Shown here: positions 47,460 to 59,183 of the stretch, piece by piece
Layout of the letters: each line of letters opens with the position of its first letter
Numbering within the stretch: position 1 is the stretch's first letter
NCBI GenBank assembly: GCA_050261335.1
Contig: JBLNDE010000050.1
Coordinates: 7,435 to 71,434, forward strand
Reading direction: 5' to 3'
Length of the DNA stretch: 64,000 nucleotides
DNA from: Bacillota bacterium
GTDB lineage: Bacteria > Bacillota > SHA-98 > UBA4971
Translations under genes and position numbers: made by a program
The notes under the pieces: generated by a model
The model's input: only the letters and a program-made list of their open reading frames with translations
Database searches by the model: none
Told to the model about the DNA's origin: nothing

Positions 47460-47473
47460 CGAATGCATGTTCG
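47460..47473. promoter_or_regulatory. Candidate LexA (Cheo-type SOS) box CGAATGCATGTTCG
   Basis: One mismatch to the Gram-positive palindrome CGAAC-N4-GTTCG. Located in the DUF2089/uvrB divergent intergenic region, but 62 nt upstream of the predicted uvrB -35. Confidence 0.35.
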
Positions 47474-47535
47474 CAAGCCAAGACGGTAACACTGCCACAT
47501 GCTGGACGCGCTCAGGCTGAGGCTGAACGGTGACG

Positions 47536-47564
47536 TTGCAGAGGGGGCGCAGGTGTTCTAGAAT
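47536..47564 (+). promoter_or_regulatory. Candidate uvrB promoter (TTGCAG-17-TAGAAT)
   Basis: Hexamers at 47536-47541 and 47559-47564 with a 17-nt spacer. Confidence 0.4.
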
Positions 47565-47692
47565 TGTGCATGGAGGCGAACGCCCGCCCGAAGGGGCGAT
47601 TCCCGGGCCGGTGCCCGACATGGATCCCCCGGGATATGCCGTCAACAGCTGGTTGGAGAGGGAATCCCTGATGAGGAGGCAGTGCGCTGGGA

Positions 47693-49759
47693 TTGAACGA
47701 ATTCAAGCTGAGAACCGATCTACAGCCTAAAGGCGACCAGCCCAGGGCCGCGCGGGAGCTTGCCGAAGGCGTACGAGCCGGCTACAGGTGTCAGACGCTC
47801 CTCGGGGCAACGGGCACCGGGAAGACGTTCACGGATGCTCTCGTGATCCAGGAGGTGCAGAGGCCCACGCTGGTGATTGCCCACAACAAGACGCTTGCGG
47901 CGCAGCTTTGCAGCGAGTTTCGGGGGCTTTTTCCCGACAACGCCGTCGAGTACTTTGTAAGCTACTACGACTACTATCAGCCCGAGGCGTACATCCCGCA
48001 GACCGACACCTACATCGAGAAGGACTCATCGATCAACGACGAGATCGATCGGCTGCGTCACGCCGCGACGAGCGCCCTTTTCGAGCGGCGCGACGTGGTG
48101 ATCGTAGCGAGTGTGTCGTGTATATACGGCCTCGGGTCGCCCGAAGACTACAAGGGCCTGACAGTCATGCTGTGCCGTGGCGGCGAGGCTGACAGGGACG
48201 CCGTCCTTCGGAAGCTGGTGAGCATCCAGTATGCACGCAACGACATCGGGTTCACGCGGGGCACTTTCAGGGTGCGGGGCGACGTGGTGGAGATAATCCC
48301 GGCCTACGGTGAAAATGCCGTCAGGATCGAGTTCTTCGGCGACCAGGTCGACCGGATCCTCGAGGTGGACGTGGTCACCGGCGAGGTGCTCCGGGAGAGG
48401 GACTTCGTAACCATCTTCCCGGCCACGCATTTCATCACCAGCGACGAGAAACTCAAGCGTGCGCTGGCCAGCATCGAGGAGGAGCTGGACGAGCGCCTCG
48501 CCGAGCTACGGTCCGCCGGGAAGCTGCTCGAGGCCCAGAGGCTCGAGCAGCGGACCCGTTACGACCTGGAGATGCTGGCCGAGGTGGGATATTGCCAGGG
48601 CATCGAAAACTACTCGCGCCATCTCACCGGGAGGCAGCCGGGAGAGCCGCCCGCCACGCTCCTCGATTACTTCCCCGAAGACTTCCTGGTGATCATAGAC
48701 GAGTCGCACGTGACGTTGCCCCAGTTGCATGCGATGTACGCGGGCGACCGGTCACGTAAGGAAAGCCTCGTCCAATACGGGTTCAGGCTGCCGTCGGCCT
48801 TCGACAACCGTCCGCTCACGTTCGAGGAGTTCGAGGGGCGCGTAAACCAGGTCATCTTCGCGTCCGCAACGCCCGGGCCGTACGAGCTTCGCGTGAGCAG
48901 CCAGGTGGTTGAGCAGATCATACGTCCGACGGGGCTCGTCGACCCGGAGGTCGAGGTGCGCCCCGTGAGGAACCAGATAGACGATCTCCTCGCCGAGATA
49001 CGGGCGCGCGTCGACGCGGGCGAGCGGGTGCTCGTCACGACCCTCACGAAGAAGATGGCCGAGGACCTCACCGACTACCTTGTGGACATCGGCGTGAAGG
49101 CCCGCTACCTCCACTCCGAGATCGATACCCTGGAGCGCGTGGAGATCCTGCGCGACCTCCGCCTGGGCGACTTCGACGTCCTTGTGGGAATCAACTTGCT
49201 GCGCGAGGGGCTCGACCTGCCCGAGGTGTCGCTCGTGGCCATCCTCGACGCAGACAAGGAGGGCTACCTGCGCTCCGAGACGTCGCTCATCCAGACCATC
49301 GGACGGGCGGCGCGCAACGTGCATGGCAAGGTGATCATGTATGCGGACTCCATCACCCGGTCCATGCGGCGTGCCATCGACGAGACCAACAGGCGGCGCA
49401 GGATCCAGATGGAGCATAACGAGCGCTTCGGTATAACCCCCGAGTCCATCAAGAAGGCCGTCCACGACATCGCGGCCTTCGCAAGGGCTGCCGAGGACAA
49501 GCCCGCATACGGGGCGGCGGCACATGCCGGGGACCGCGCCGGGTCAGCAGCCGGGGCCGGGGCCGGCGTCGGGACTGGGACTGGAGTCGCGGCCGGCGCG
49601 GACACCGACGCGGCGGCGGAGATGTCCCACAAGGAGCTTGCGACGCTCATCCGCACCCTCGAGGAGGAGATGCGCAGGGCAGCCCAGGTGCTCGAGTTCG
49701 AGCGCGCTGCGGAGATCCGCGACAGGATCCGCGCCCTGAGGCGTCGGTTCGCGTCCTGA
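47693..49759 (+). CDS. uvrB: Excinuclease ABC subunit B
   Basis: GATGTGKT Walker A, helicase motifs and a C-terminal UVR domain ([16 protein letters not shown]). TTG start. Confidence 0.95.
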   Translation: MNEFKLRTDLQPKGDQPRAARELAEGVRAGYRCQTLLGATGTGKTFTDALVIQEVQRPTLVIAHNKTLAAQLCSEFRGLFPDNAVEYFVSYYDYYQPEAYIPQTDTYIEKDSSINDEIDRLRHAATSALFERRDVVIVASVSCIYGLGSPEDYKGLTVMLCRGGEADRDAVLRKLVSIQYARNDIGFTRGTFRVRGDVVEIIPAYGENAVRIEFFGDQVDRILEVDVVTGEVLRERDFVTIFPATHFITSDEKLKRALASIEEELDERLAELRSAGKLLEAQRLEQRTRYDLEMLAEVGYCQGIENYSRHLTGRQPGEPPATLLDYFPEDFLVIIDESHVTLPQLHAMYAGDRSRKESLVQYGFRLPSAFDNRPLTFEEFEGRVNQVIFASATPGPYELRVSSQVVEQIIRPTGLVDPEVEVRPVRNQIDDLLAEIRARVDAGERVLVTTLTKKMAEDLTDYLVDIGVKARYLHSEIDTLERVEILRDLRLGDFDVLVGINLLREGLDLPEVSLVAILDADKEGYLRSETSLIQTIGRAARNVHGKVIMYADSITRSMRRAIDETNRRRRIQMEHNERFGITPESIKKAVHDIAAFARAAEDKPAYGAAAHAGDRAGSAAGAGAGVGTGTGVAAGADTDAAAEMSHKELATLIRTLEEEMRRAAQVLEFERAAEIRDRIRALRRRFAS

Positions 49760-49789
49760 GCACAGTCGCACTTTCGGAGGAGACACAGA

Positions 49790-52723
49790 GTGAGCAAGCA
49801 AGAGATAATCGTCAAGGGTGCGCGCCAGCACAACCTGAAAGACATAGACCTCGCGATCCCCAGGGACAGGCTCGTGGTGATCACTGGCCTTTCCGGCTCG
49901 GGTAAGTCCTCCCTCGCGTTCGACACCATCTACGCTGAAGGTCAGCGCCGCTACGTGGAGTCGCTTTCCGCGTACGCAAGACAGTTCCTCGGCCAGATGG
50001 ACAAGCCCGACGTGGATTACATCGAGGGCCTCTCCCCGGCCATCGCCATCGACCAGAAGAGCGGGAGCCGAAACCCCAGGTCCACCGTGGGCACGGTCAC
50101 TGAGATATACGACTACCTGCGACTCCTCTTCGCCAGGATCGGGAGGCCCCACTGCCCGAAGTGCGGCAAGCCGATCACCCAGCAGACAGTGCAGCAGATC
50201 GTCGATCAGGTCATGGCGCTAGGCGAGGGCACGAGAGTGCAGGTCCTCGCGCCGATCATCCGTGGCAAGAAGGGCGAGCACAAAAAGGTGATCGAGGACG
50301 TGCGTAAGGAAGGCTTCGTCCGCGTCCGGATCAACGGCGAGGTACGAAGCGTGGACGAGGACATCCCTCTCGAGCGTTACAAGATCCACACCATAGAGAT
50401 AGTCGTGGATCGCCTCGTGATACGTCCCGGCGTCGAGAACCGCCTCGCGGACTCCCTCGAGCTCGCAATGAGGCGCGGCGAAGGGATCGCGATCGTCAAC
50501 GTGGTAGGCGGAACAAGAGGCCACGTAGACAGCGATAGCCAGAGCCGGAGCCAGGACCGGGGCCAGAGCGGGGCTCAGGGCCACGGCACCGACCGCAGCC
50601 CGGACCACGGACAGGACCTCGTCTTCAGCGAGAAGTTCGCGTGCCCAGACTGCGGGGTGAGCTTCGAGGAGCTTGCACCGAGGATGTTCTCGTTCAACAG
50701 CCCATACGGCGCGTGCCCGGAGTGCGCGGGTCTCGGCACCAGAGAGGAGATCGACCCCGAGCTCGTCCTTGACCTCGACAGGAGCATAGTCGAAGGCGGC
50801 ATCGTGCCCTGGGAGAGATCGTGGCAGGGAACGCGCAGCGATTATTTCGCGCGCCGGGTCATGGCCGTATGCGAGCGGTTCGGCATAGACCCGTCCACAC
50901 CGATCGGCCGCCTGCCTTCCGAACAACAGCGCGTGCTCCTCTACGGCGCCGGCAGAGAGCGGTTTCGATACCAGTATCACAACTTCGAAGGCGAGCTCGT
51001 CTGGCACGAAAGCCACTACGAGGGCGTCGTCCACTACCTCGAGCGCCGGTATAGGGAGGCCCACTCGGACGCGGCGCGCGAGGAAATACAGCAGTTCATC
51101 ACGGCACGGCCGTGCCCTGCCTGCCGCGGCGCGCGCCTGAAACCCGAGAGCCTCGCCGTGAAAGTCGGCGGCAAGTCCATCATGGAGGTCACCGCCATGT
51201 CGTGTTCTGCGGCGAGGGAGTTCTTCGAGAGGCTCTCCCTGACCGAGCGCGAGACCACGATAGCAAGGCAGATCCTCAAGGAGATACGGGAGAGGCTGGG
51301 GTTTCTGGTGAACGTCGGCCTCGACTACCTGACCCTCGACAGAGCCGCGGGATCACTTGCAGGCGGCGAGGCGCAGCGCATCCGGCTCGCCACGCAGATC
51401 GGGTCGAGCCTGGTCGGGGTCCTCTATATCCTGGACGAGCCAAGCATCGGGCTCCACCAGCGCGACAACAGGCGTCTCATCGACACCCTCATGCACCTGC
51501 GCGACCTGGGTAATACCGTGCTCGTGGTGGAACACGACGAGGAGACCATCCGCTCCGCAGACCACATCATAGACATTGGGCCGGGGGCCGGCGCGGAAGG
51601 CGGGTATGTGGTCGCCTCGGGCACCATAGATGACATCATCGCCTGTGAGAAGTCCATCACCGGTCAGTATCTCGCGGGCAAGCGGCGCATCGTGGTGCCG
51701 CCGCGGCGCCGCCCGCCCAACGGGAAGTCACTTGTCATAAGAGGCGCGCGCGAGCACAACCTGAAGAACATCGACGTGGAGATCCCTCTCGGGGTGTTCG
51801 TGTGCGTCACGGGGGTTTCGGGGTCAGGCAAGAGCACGCTCATAAACGAGATCCTCCACCGCAGGCTCGCGCACGAACTGAACAGGGCCGCAGTGAAGCC
51901 CGGCGAGCACGATGCCGTCCTGGGCATCCAGCACCTCGACCGGGTCATCGACGTGGACCAGTCGCCCATCGGCCGAACTCCGCGCTCGAACCCCGCGACA
52001 TACACCGGGACGTTCGACCTGATACGCGAGACCTTCGCTCTCACCGCGGAGGCCAGGGTGCGCGGGTACGGTCCGGGCAGGTTCAGCTTCAACGTGAAAG
52101 GCGGACGCTGCGAGGCGTGCAAGGGGGACGGCATCATCAAGATAGAGATGCACTTCCTTCCCGACGTCTACGTGCCGTGCGAGGTGTGCCGGGGAAAGCG
52201 GTACAACCGGGAGACACTGGAGATCAAGTACAGGGGAGCGAACATCGCCGACGTGCTCGACATGCGGGCCGACGAGGCACTCGAGTTCTTCAAGAACATC
52301 CCGAGGATCCACCGCAAGCTGGAGACCCTCAACGACGTCGGTCTCGGCTACGTCAAGCTGGGCCAGCCAGCCACGACGCTCTCGGGCGGCGAAGCCCAGC
52401 GGGTCAAGCTTGCGACCGAGCTCAGCAGGCGGAGCAATGGGCGAACCCTCTATATCCTTGACGAGCCCACCACCGGGCTTCATTTCGCCGATATAGAGAA
52501 ACTCCTCTCGGTGCTGGGCCGCCTCGTGGATGCCGGCGACACCGTGCTCGTCATCGAGCACAACCTCGATGTCATCAAGACCGCGGACTACATCATAGAT
52601 CTCGGTCCGGAGGGCGGAGAGCGCGGTGGCACGGTCGTGGCGTGCGGCACGCCGGAGGAGGTCGCAAGGAACGAAATGTCCTATACCGGGCAGTTCCTCA
52701 AGAAGGTGCTGGGTATATGCTGA
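49790..52723 (+). CDS. uvrA: Excinuclease ABC subunit A
   Basis: Two ABC modules ([18 protein letters not shown]), zinc-finger CxxC pairs and LSGGEAQR signatures. Confidence 0.95.
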   Translation: MSKQEIIVKGARQHNLKDIDLAIPRDRLVVITGLSGSGKSSLAFDTIYAEGQRRYVESLSAYARQFLGQMDKPDVDYIEGLSPAIAIDQKSGSRNPRSTVGTVTEIYDYLRLLFARIGRPHCPKCGKPITQQTVQQIVDQVMALGEGTRVQVLAPIIRGKKGEHKKVIEDVRKEGFVRVRINGEVRSVDEDIPLERYKIHTIEIVVDRLVIRPGVENRLADSLELAMRRGEGIAIVNVVGGTRGHVDSDSQSRSQDRGQSGAQGHGTDRSPDHGQDLVFSEKFACPDCGVSFEELAPRMFSFNSPYGACPECAGLGTREEIDPELVLDLDRSIVEGGIVPWERSWQGTRSDYFARRVMAVCERFGIDPSTPIGRLPSEQQRVLLYGAGRERFRYQYHNFEGELVWHESHYEGVVHYLERRYREAHSDAAREEIQQFITARPCPACRGARLKPESLAVKVGGKSIMEVTAMSCSAAREFFERLSLTERETTIARQILKEIRERLGFLVNVGLDYLTLDRAAGSLAGGEAQRIRLATQIGSSLVGVLYILDEPSIGLHQRDNRRLIDTLMHLRDLGNTVLVVEHDEETIRSADHIIDIGPGAGAEGGYVVASGTIDDIIACEKSITGQYLAGKRRIVVPPRRRPPNGKSLVIRGAREHNLKNIDVEIPLGVFVCVTGVSGSGKSTLINEILHRRLAHELNRAAVKPGEHDAVLGIQHLDRVIDVDQSPIGRTPRSNPATYTGTFDLIRETFALTAEARVRGYGPGRFSFNVKGGRCEACKGDGIIKIEMHFLPDVYVPCEVCRGKRYNRETLEIKYRGANIADVLDMRADEALEFFKNIPRIHRKLETLNDVGLGYVKLGQPATTLSGGEAQRVKLATELSRRSNGRTLYILDEPTTGLHFADIEKLLSVLGRLVDAGDTVLVIEHNLDVIKTADYIIDLGPEGGERGGTVVACGTPEEVARNEMSYTGQFLKKVLGIC

Positions 52724-54651
52724 GTGACCAGACGCGCAGCAGGGGGTCGCCGGGCGTGCCTGCTGCGGCCGGGGGCGCGAGGGAGAGCCTTCAGGAGAGG
52801 GTGAAGGACCTCCCTGACAGGCCCGGGGTTTACATCATGAAAGACGCCTCGGGCCGCGTCATCTACGTCGGCAAGGCGTCGTCCCTCCGGAACAGGGTGC
52901 GCTCGTATTTCCAGTCGCCCGAGGGTCTCGCCGGCCGCACGCGAGCGCTCGTCGCGCACATCGCCGATTTCGAGTACGTGGTCACCGACTCCGAGGTCGA
53001 AGCGCTCATCCTCGAGAACACCCTCATCAAACGGCACCGGCCACGATACAACGTCCGTCTCAGAGACGACAAGACTTACCCGTTCATCAAGGTGACCCTG
53101 GCGGAGCCGTTCCCGAGGGTGATCGTCACCCGGAGGGTGGACCGGGACGGGTCGCGTTACTTCGGCCCTTACCCCAACGTGAGCGGCATGCGCGACACTC
53201 TCGCCTTTCTGAAGCGGCTTTTCCCAGTGCGCGGATGTTCGAAGAAGATCACCGAGGAGTCGCGAGAGCGTCCGTGCCTCAACTACCATATCGGAAAGTG
53301 CCCGGGCGCGTGCGCAGGCGCGATAACGCGCGAGGCGTACGCCGAGATCGTGAAGCAGATCGTCCTGTTCCTGGAAGGCCGCCAGGACCGGCTCGTCCGG
53401 GAAATGAAGAGGAGCATGCAGGCAGCATCGGACCTCCTGGACTTCGAAGCCGCGGCGGCGCTCCGCGACAGGATACGGGCCATGGAACGGGTCATGGAGC
53501 GCCAGAAGATGGTGCTCGAGTCGCGACAGGACATCGACGTAATAGGGTTCGCGCGGGACGAGGACGGGGCAGAAGCCTGCGTGCAGGTGTTCTTCGTTCG
53601 CGGCGGCAAGCTCGTGGGGCGCGAGCGGTTCTTCATGGCGAATTCCGACGGCACGCCCGACGCCGAGATGGTCGCTGCCTTCATCAAGCAGTACTACGCG
53701 GCGGCCTCGTTCGTGCCCCGCGAGGTCGTGGTGCAGGCCAGCCTCGTCGCTGACGACGCCGACTCCGTCGCCTCATGGCTCGGCGCCCTTCGGGGCTCGA
53801 AGGTGCGCATCACCGTGCCCCAGCGTGGGGAAAAGAAGCGCCTCGTGGACATGGTGCGCGATAACGCCAGGCTTGGCCTCGAGGAGGCCCGGCTCCGCGC
53901 CATGCGCGCCGCTGAGATGGAAGGCGGCGCTCTCGCAGAGCTTCAGGAAGCGCTGGGGCTCCCCAGGCTGCCACGCAGAATAGAGGCGTTCGACATATCG
54001 ACCATCCAGGGGACCGATGCGGTCGGGTCGATGGTGGTGTTCGAGAGCGGACGTCCGCTCAAATCCGCATACAAGCGGTTCAGAATCAGGACCGTGGAGG
54101 GGCAGGACGACTTCGCGATGATGCGCGAGGTGGTTGGGAGGCGATGCCGGAGAGCGCTGCACGAAGGGCAGGAGCGGCATGAGGGGCACGAGAGTCGGGA
54201 GCAGCCGGGCGCAGTGCCTGACCTGATGCTGATCGACGGCGGAAAGGGCCAGCTCAACGCGGCCCTCGAGGCGCTGCGGGAGTGCGGCCTGGCCGAGAAG
54301 GTGCCAGCCGCCGGCCTTGCCAAGGAGCAGGAGCTCGTCTTCCTCGAGAACAGGCCCGACCCCATCGCCCTGCCGAGGGACTCGAAGGCCCTCTTTCTCC
54401 TCCAGCGCGTGCGCGACGAGGCCCACAGGTTCGCCGTGTCCTACCATCGCCAGCTCCGGACGAAGCGCGCAACCCTGTCCATGCTCGAGGAGATTCCCGG
54501 CATCGGGGAAAAGCGTCTCAAGGCCCTCATCACGGCATTCCGCTCAGTGCGCGCCATGCGAGAGGCGAGCGTCGAGGACCTGGCGAAGGTCCCCGGCATG
54601 ACGCGCAGCGCCGCCGCGCGGGTGAAAGAAGCCCTGGGCTCGTCGCCCTAA
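52717..54651 (+). CDS. uvrC: Excinuclease ABC subunit C
   Basis: GIY-YIG (GVYIMKD...VIYVGKA...RVRSYF), UVR domain and C-terminal (HhH)2. The ATG at 52717 overlaps the uvrA stop (ATGCTGA). Confidence 0.93.
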   Translation: MLSDQTRSRGSPGVPAAAGGARESLQERVKDLPDRPGVYIMKDASGRVIYVGKASSLRNRVRSYFQSPEGLAGRTRALVAHIADFEYVVTDSEVEALILENTLIKRHRPRYNVRLRDDKTYPFIKVTLAEPFPRVIVTRRVDRDGSRYFGPYPNVSGMRDTLAFLKRLFPVRGCSKKITEESRERPCLNYHIGKCPGACAGAITREAYAEIVKQIVLFLEGRQDRLVREMKRSMQAASDLLDFEAAAALRDRIRAMERVMERQKMVLESRQDIDVIGFARDEDGAEACVQVFFVRGGKLVGRERFFMANSDGTPDAEMVAAFIKQYYAAASFVPREVVVQASLVADDADSVASWLGALRGSKVRITVPQRGEKKRLVDMVRDNARLGLEEARLRAMRAAEMEGGALAELQEALGLPRLPRRIEAFDISTIQGTDAVGSMVVFESGRPLKSAYKRFRIRTVEGQDDFAMMREVVGRRCRRALHEGQERHEGHESREQPGAVPDLMLIDGGKGQLNAALEALRECGLAEKVPAAGLAKEQELVFLENRPDPIALPRDSKALFLLQRVRDEAHRFAVSYHRQLRTKRATLSMLEEIPGIGEKRLKALITAFRSVRAMREASVEDLAKVPGMTRSAAARVKEALGSSP

Positions 54652-54816
54652 GTATGGCGCCATGGGTTTGCGCCATCTTCCCTGACGGTGTTGGGGTTGC
54701 CGGTGATTGCACGAGGGGTGTCAAAATCCGGCCACTGGCCAGACGGGCCGGATTTTGGCGAAGCGCGCCCCGCTTGGGGCGCCGTCCCCGAGTGCAACAC
54801 CGGCAACACCGGCAAC
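54652..54816. repeat. Palindromic intergenic element, copy C (extra left arm 54652-54695, 112-bp core 54696-54807, 9-nt tail duplication)
   Basis: The core has TIRs GTTGCCGGTGATTGCAC / GTGCAACACCGGCAAC and an internal 12-bp inverted repeat CAAAATCCGGCC / GGCCGGATTTTG. The left arm contains the hairpin ATGGCGC-N9-GCGCCAT. Confidence 0.85.
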
Positions 54817-54983
54817 TACTGGCAATGGGGCAAGGGCTATCGCACTCTCACTTAGGGCGGGGCGTCAGGAATCTGGATACCCAGTGCACCAGATTCCAGC
54901 GAGGCGCGTCGCAAGCGCGCCGTCCCGGGCGGGCAACGCCGGCAACCCCGGCGAGGACGTACGCGCTGAAACAAGAGCTTTGC

Positions 54984-56306
54984 TCATCTTCTCCGGAGCC
55001 ACCTCGCAAGCGGGCCTTCGACGCCGGCCGAGGGAATGCTGACGTGGGCCTCGTCGCCCGGGCCAGGCACTGGGATGATGCCGATCCTGTCCACGTCGCC
55101 CGGGATGGACCTCGCGAAGCGCATCCGCTCAGCACCGCCCGGCCCGACGCCGTGCCCACTGCCTGGCCCACCGCCGTATCCTCCGTCCGCGGCGCCCGCC
55201 TCACGCTCAGCCTCTATGTAAAACCATGGCGGTGACCCGTTCATCGCGTCGAGCAGGTCCGCTGTCGTCCTCACCGGCTGACCGTTCACCGCGGTGATGA
55301 TGTCCCCGCTACGAAAGCCAGCCCGCGCCGCCGCGGAACGCGGCACCACGTCGAGCACCTTCAGTCCGCGCGGGGAAGGCACATAGACTGCCTCCGACCG
55401 GGTCTCGGCACGCCTGCCCGCCGCTATCACCATCTCGTGCCCCAGGGGCGAGAAGAGAGCAGCAAGCCAGCGCATCCACGGATAGACGGACGCGCCGAGC
55501 GCCAGCGCCAGCAACACCACGCTGAACGCCATGAGATTGCGCGCCGTCCGGGCGCTCCTTTCCCGCGGTGCCCGCGCCACGGCGAAATCGCCGTACCCCA
55601 GGGCCGCGGGCAGAGCGAACATGGCGAAAAGCAGCTCGTGTCCTTCAGGCACGACGATGCTCGGCTTGATGAGAGGCCACCAGTCCGGCATGCTTATGAG
55701 GCTTCGGGATATGCTTTCCAGCTCGCTCAAACGAGGCGTGAGCAACATCATGCCCACGAGCGGTATCGGCCAGAACTTCTGCAGGAGGAAACCGCCCACC
55801 ACCTTCCCGTCACGCGCCTTCATGTACAGAGGAAGCGCCCCCTGCTCCCCGGTGCCCCAGATGAGAAGGCTCTCCATGAGGTGCAGCACGGCCACGAGGA
55901 TCATGGTCTCAGGTATCCCTACCTTCGGCACGCCGAAGACCAGGTTCGAGAGGGCCAGGATACCCCCGGCGTACGAGAAGCAGAGGAACCTCGGATCGAT
56001 GAGCATGAGCGCCAGGGCGACTGGTAGCAGAAACGCAACTCCCGCCCCAGTCACGGTGACGCCCACGAATACGAAGATGAGGCTCGCTACGAACCCCGCT
56101 GCCGCCCCCAGGAGAAGCGACGTGAGAACAAGGGAGGTCGGGGACTCGGTAGCCTGGCCGAAGACGCGGTGCTCGATCCTGGCTATGCGTGCGTACTGCA
56201 TCGCCACCAGCGCGACCACCATCCAGAAAGCGGGATGCAAAAGCACCTGCGGGATCAACATGAGGATGGTCACGATCACCTTGCCGAAAGGAAACATCCA
56301 GGCCAC
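54984..56306 (-). CDS. Polytopic membrane protein with a C-terminal PDZ domain
   Basis: About 8 hydrophobic helices, then LKVLDVVPRSAAARAGFRSGDIITAVNGQPV (PDZ). No HEXXH seen. Confidence 0.75.
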   Translation of the reverse strand: MAWMFPFGKVIVTILMLIPQVLLHPAFWMVVALVAMQYARIARIEHRVFGQATESPTSLVLTSLLLGAAAGFVASLIFVFVGVTVTGAGVAFLLPVALALMLIDPRFLCFSYAGGILALSNLVFGVPKVGIPETMILVAVLHLMESLLIWGTGEQGALPLYMKARDGKVVGGFLLQKFWPIPLVGMMLLTPRLSELESISRSLISMPDWWPLIKPSIVVPEGHELLFAMFALPAALGYGDFAVARAPRERSARTARNLMAFSVVLLALALGASVYPWMRWLAALFSPLGHEMVIAAGRRAETRSEAVYVPSPRGLKVLDVVPRSAAARAGFRSGDIITAVNGQPVRTTADLLDAMNGSPPWFYIEAEREAGAADGGYGGGPGSGHGVGPGGAERMRFARSIPGDVDRIGIIPVPGPGDEAHVSIPSAGVEGPLARWLRRR

Positions 56307-56395
56307 TCCCTGCGTGCGCGCAAATCGGACGGTTCAAGACCAGTCGTTCAAGACCATTATACGCCGCTCTGCAAGTCCCGTTGCCGAAGACCGCC

Positions 56396-57766
56396 CTAAG
56401 CCGCTTTGCGCTCCTGGATCTTGGCCCTCAGGACCTCTATTGCCCTGTCAAGCTGCGTATCGCGCAGGGCGTCCTGCGACGCGCCGGCCGGAGAATCTTC
56501 CGGTTTCGGCAGGCTCACCACCACATCGGGCACTATGCCCTTCTTGTCTATGGAATGTCCCCCCGCCGTGAGATACCTCGACGTCGTGATGGAGACAGCC
56601 GAGCCGTCGGAAAGCGGATATATGGTTTGCACGAGCCCCTTGCCGAACGTGGTGACCCCGACGATGGTGGCGGCCTTCGTATCCTGCAGCGCGCCGGCGA
56701 CGATCTCCGAGGCGCTTGCGCTCACCTCGTTCACGAGCACCACCACCGGGACGGTGATCTTACGCCCGCGGCCCGAGTAGTAGGTGAGTCTGCGCCCGTC
56801 CCTGCCGACCACGTGCACCACTGGCGTCCCGGACGGAAGGAACGTGCTCGCCACCTGGATCGCCAGAGGGAAGGAGCCGCCCGGGTTATATCGCAGGTCG
56901 AGGATGAGCCCACGCATCTCCTGCTTGGCAAGGGCGTCCAGCTCCCGGTTCAAGGCATCCACGGTGTCGTCGCCGAAGAATGACGAGATCTGCACGTATC
57001 CTATGCCGCCCTCCAGCATCTCCGAGGCCACATGGGGGACCCTGATGGTGTCCCTGATGATCTTCACCTCGAAGAAGCGTGTCTTGCCGTCCTCGTCGCG
57101 CTCGATGCCGAGCATGACCTCTGTACCCTTCTTGCCCTTCATAAGGGACTGAGCGTACTCGATCGCCATGTCCTTCGTAGACTTACCGTCTATGAACTTG
57201 ATCCTGTCGAGTGGCCGCAGGCCTGCCCGCTCACCAGGCGTCCCCTTGAGCGGCGCCATGACGGTGAGCTGCCCCTCGCGAATGCCGATGTATATGCCGA
57301 TCCCATCAAAGGTGCCCCTCAGGTCGTCCGTCATGGCGCGAAACTGAGCCGGATCCATGTAGCGCGTGTACGGATCGCCGAGGACGGCGAGCATGTCAGG
57401 TATGCTGTGCTTCTCATCATAGGCTTTGAGCAGACCGGCCACGTCAACCTCTGAGACATACGCGTTCTTGAGAAGGTTGATCACCTCGAGGGCAACGAGA
57501 GCGTTCTCCTCGGCCGGCTTCGCGGGACCGTCCGAAGGGCCCGCGGGCTGCGCCTGGGCCTCTGTCTGGGCCTCTGTCTGGGCCTGCGTCCGGGCCTGGT
57601 CCTGGTCCGGGAGCTGGGACCCGGTTTGGGAGACACTCGCTGCAGGGATGTCTACCAGTGGAACGGCGCAGTCCGCCGGAGCGTGAAGCCATCCCAAGAA
57701 GCCAAGCGCCGCGACCGCCGCGAGCGCTATCAGCGAACCACACATCACGCGTTCGAATCTTCTCAT
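56396..57766 (-). CDS. ctpA: S41 carboxy-terminal processing peptidase
   Basis: PDZ plus S41 core (LILDLRYNPGGS, VLVNEVSASASEI) and a signal/anchor N-terminus. Confidence 0.88.
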   Translation of the reverse strand: MRRFERVMCGSLIALAAVAALGFLGWLHAPADCAVPLVDIPAASVSQTGSQLPDQDQARTQAQTEAQTEAQAQPAGPSDGPAKPAEENALVALEVINLLKNAYVSEVDVAGLLKAYDEKHSIPDMLAVLGDPYTRYMDPAQFRAMTDDLRGTFDGIGIYIGIREGQLTVMAPLKGTPGERAGLRPLDRIKFIDGKSTKDMAIEYAQSLMKGKKGTEVMLGIERDEDGKTRFFEVKIIRDTIRVPHVASEMLEGGIGYVQISSFFGDDTVDALNRELDALAKQEMRGLILDLRYNPGGSFPLAIQVASTFLPSGTPVVHVVGRDGRRLTYYSGRGRKITVPVVVLVNEVSASASEIVAGALQDTKAATIVGVTTFGKGLVQTIYPLSDGSAVSITTSRYLTAGGHSIDKKGIVPDVVVSLPKPEDSPAGASQDALRDTQLDRAIEVLRAKIQERKAA

Positions 57767-57911
57767 AACGCCTCACCAGTCTCCTCGCACCTTGGAGCAA
57801 CCTTACGTCCATCGCGGAACCGACGGTCCCCGCCCGGCCGGCTGTGTCGGTCAAGCCGACCGCCTTGCGCAAGGCCGTTCAGGGCGCGCCATGATTCGGA
57901 ACTCACCTCTG

Positions 57912-59132
57912 CTACTTCAGCCATTGCCTGGGGTTCACCGGAGTGCCGTCATCGCGCACCTCGAAGTGAACGTGTGGCCCCGTGGAAAGACCGGTACTGC
58001 CGGACCTCGCCACCCGGTCCCCCTGAAGCACCGACTGGCCGCTCTTCACAAGAAGCGATGAGTTGTGACCGTAAAGAGTGGACAGCCCCCCGCCGTGGTC
58101 GATGATGACCGTGTACCCGTATCCGCTTATCCACCCGCTGTAAATCACGACCCCATCCGCCGCCGCAAGCACGGGGGTGCCCGACGGCACGGCTATGTCT
58201 ATGCCCGAATGGAACCGGGATGTCCTGAGTATTGGGTGGAACCTCATCCCGAAATCTGAGGATATCTTCCCGTTCACCGGCATGATGAACTTCCCGCTCC
58301 ATCTTGGCAGGGACCTCCCTGCCTTCGCCTCGCGCGCCTGCAACTCACGGATGGCCCGTTCGAGTTCGCGACTCATTTCCTCGAGTTCATCGAGGGCCTG
58401 CTCGTACCTGGTACGCTCCTTCTGGATTCGGGCGAGGACAGCCTCCCTCTCTCGCACCCTGGCCGCAAGCTCGGCCTCCTGCACCTTCACCTGAGCCTGC
58501 ACCCGCGCGAGATCATCGCGTTCTTTCTGCAGCTTCGCCTTTCTCCTGGCGACCTCGGCCATCTTGGCCTCGATCACTGCAACCTCCGCCCTGGCCTCGT
58601 CGAGGCACCGGGCATCATTCTCCGCAAGGATCTCGACGTACTCGAACCTGCACACGAAGTCGGCGAAGTCCCTGGAGGAGAACAGCACTTCCAGGTAATC
58701 GGCGGGGCCGGACATGTATATGGCGCGGAGCCTCCCCTTCAGCGCGGAGAGCGTCCGGTCGAGGCGCTTCCTCGCCTCTGCCAGATCGTCCTCTGCTGCG
58801 GCGAGGTCCCGCTCCGCCTGGGCGACAGCCTGGACAAGGCGCTTCGCCTGCCCCTCGAGCGCGGCCAGGCGAGCCCTCGTTTTCTCCAGGTCCATCTCGG
58901 CCTTCTGGATCTCCCCGAGAACGCCCTTTTCCTTCTGTTTGACGGTGAGAAGCTGCTTCTTGGTCTCCTGCATCTGGTCGGTTACGTCGCCGAGCTGGTC
59001 GCGTTTGTGGGATAGCTCCGACGAGGGCTCCCCAAGCGCAACGCAAGGCAGCACAAGGACGGCCGCCGAAAGCAGAGCCATAAAGAAGCATGCTAGCCCG
59101 AGCCTGGTTCTCACCTTCTGTAACCTCCGCAC
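57912..59132 (-). CDS. M23-family peptidase with an N-terminal coiled coil (EnvC-like)
   Basis: HSGIDI and HVHFEV zinc motifs. A long heptad-rich N-terminal half. Confidence 0.88.
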   Translation of the reverse strand: MRRLQKVRTRLGLACFFMALLSAAVLVLPCVALGEPSSELSHKRDQLGDVTDQMQETKKQLLTVKQKEKGVLGEIQKAEMDLEKTRARLAALEGQAKRLVQAVAQAERDLAAAEDDLAEARKRLDRTLSALKGRLRAIYMSGPADYLEVLFSSRDFADFVCRFEYVEILAENDARCLDEARAEVAVIEAKMAEVARRKAKLQKERDDLARVQAQVKVQEAELAARVREREAVLARIQKERTRYEQALDELEEMSRELERAIRELQAREAKAGRSLPRWSGKFIMPVNGKISSDFGMRFHPILRTSRFHSGIDIAVPSGTPVLAAADGVVIYSGWISGYGYTVIIDHGGGLSTLYGHNSSLLVKSGQSVLQGDRVARSGSTGLSTGPHVHFEVRDDGTPVNPRQWLK

Positions 59133-59183
59133 CTCCGGCCGGGTCCGGGTTCAGGGCAGGCTGTCATCCTCTGGACAAAAGAC

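Noticed and set aside
54282-55235. ORFs 54282-55235(+), 43718-44383(-) upstream part and 26453-27229(-) share peptide strings such as GVAGDCTRGVKIR
   Set aside because: The similarity comes from translating the palindromic DNA repeat family. The ORFs otherwise overlap real genes or have shadow-like composition.
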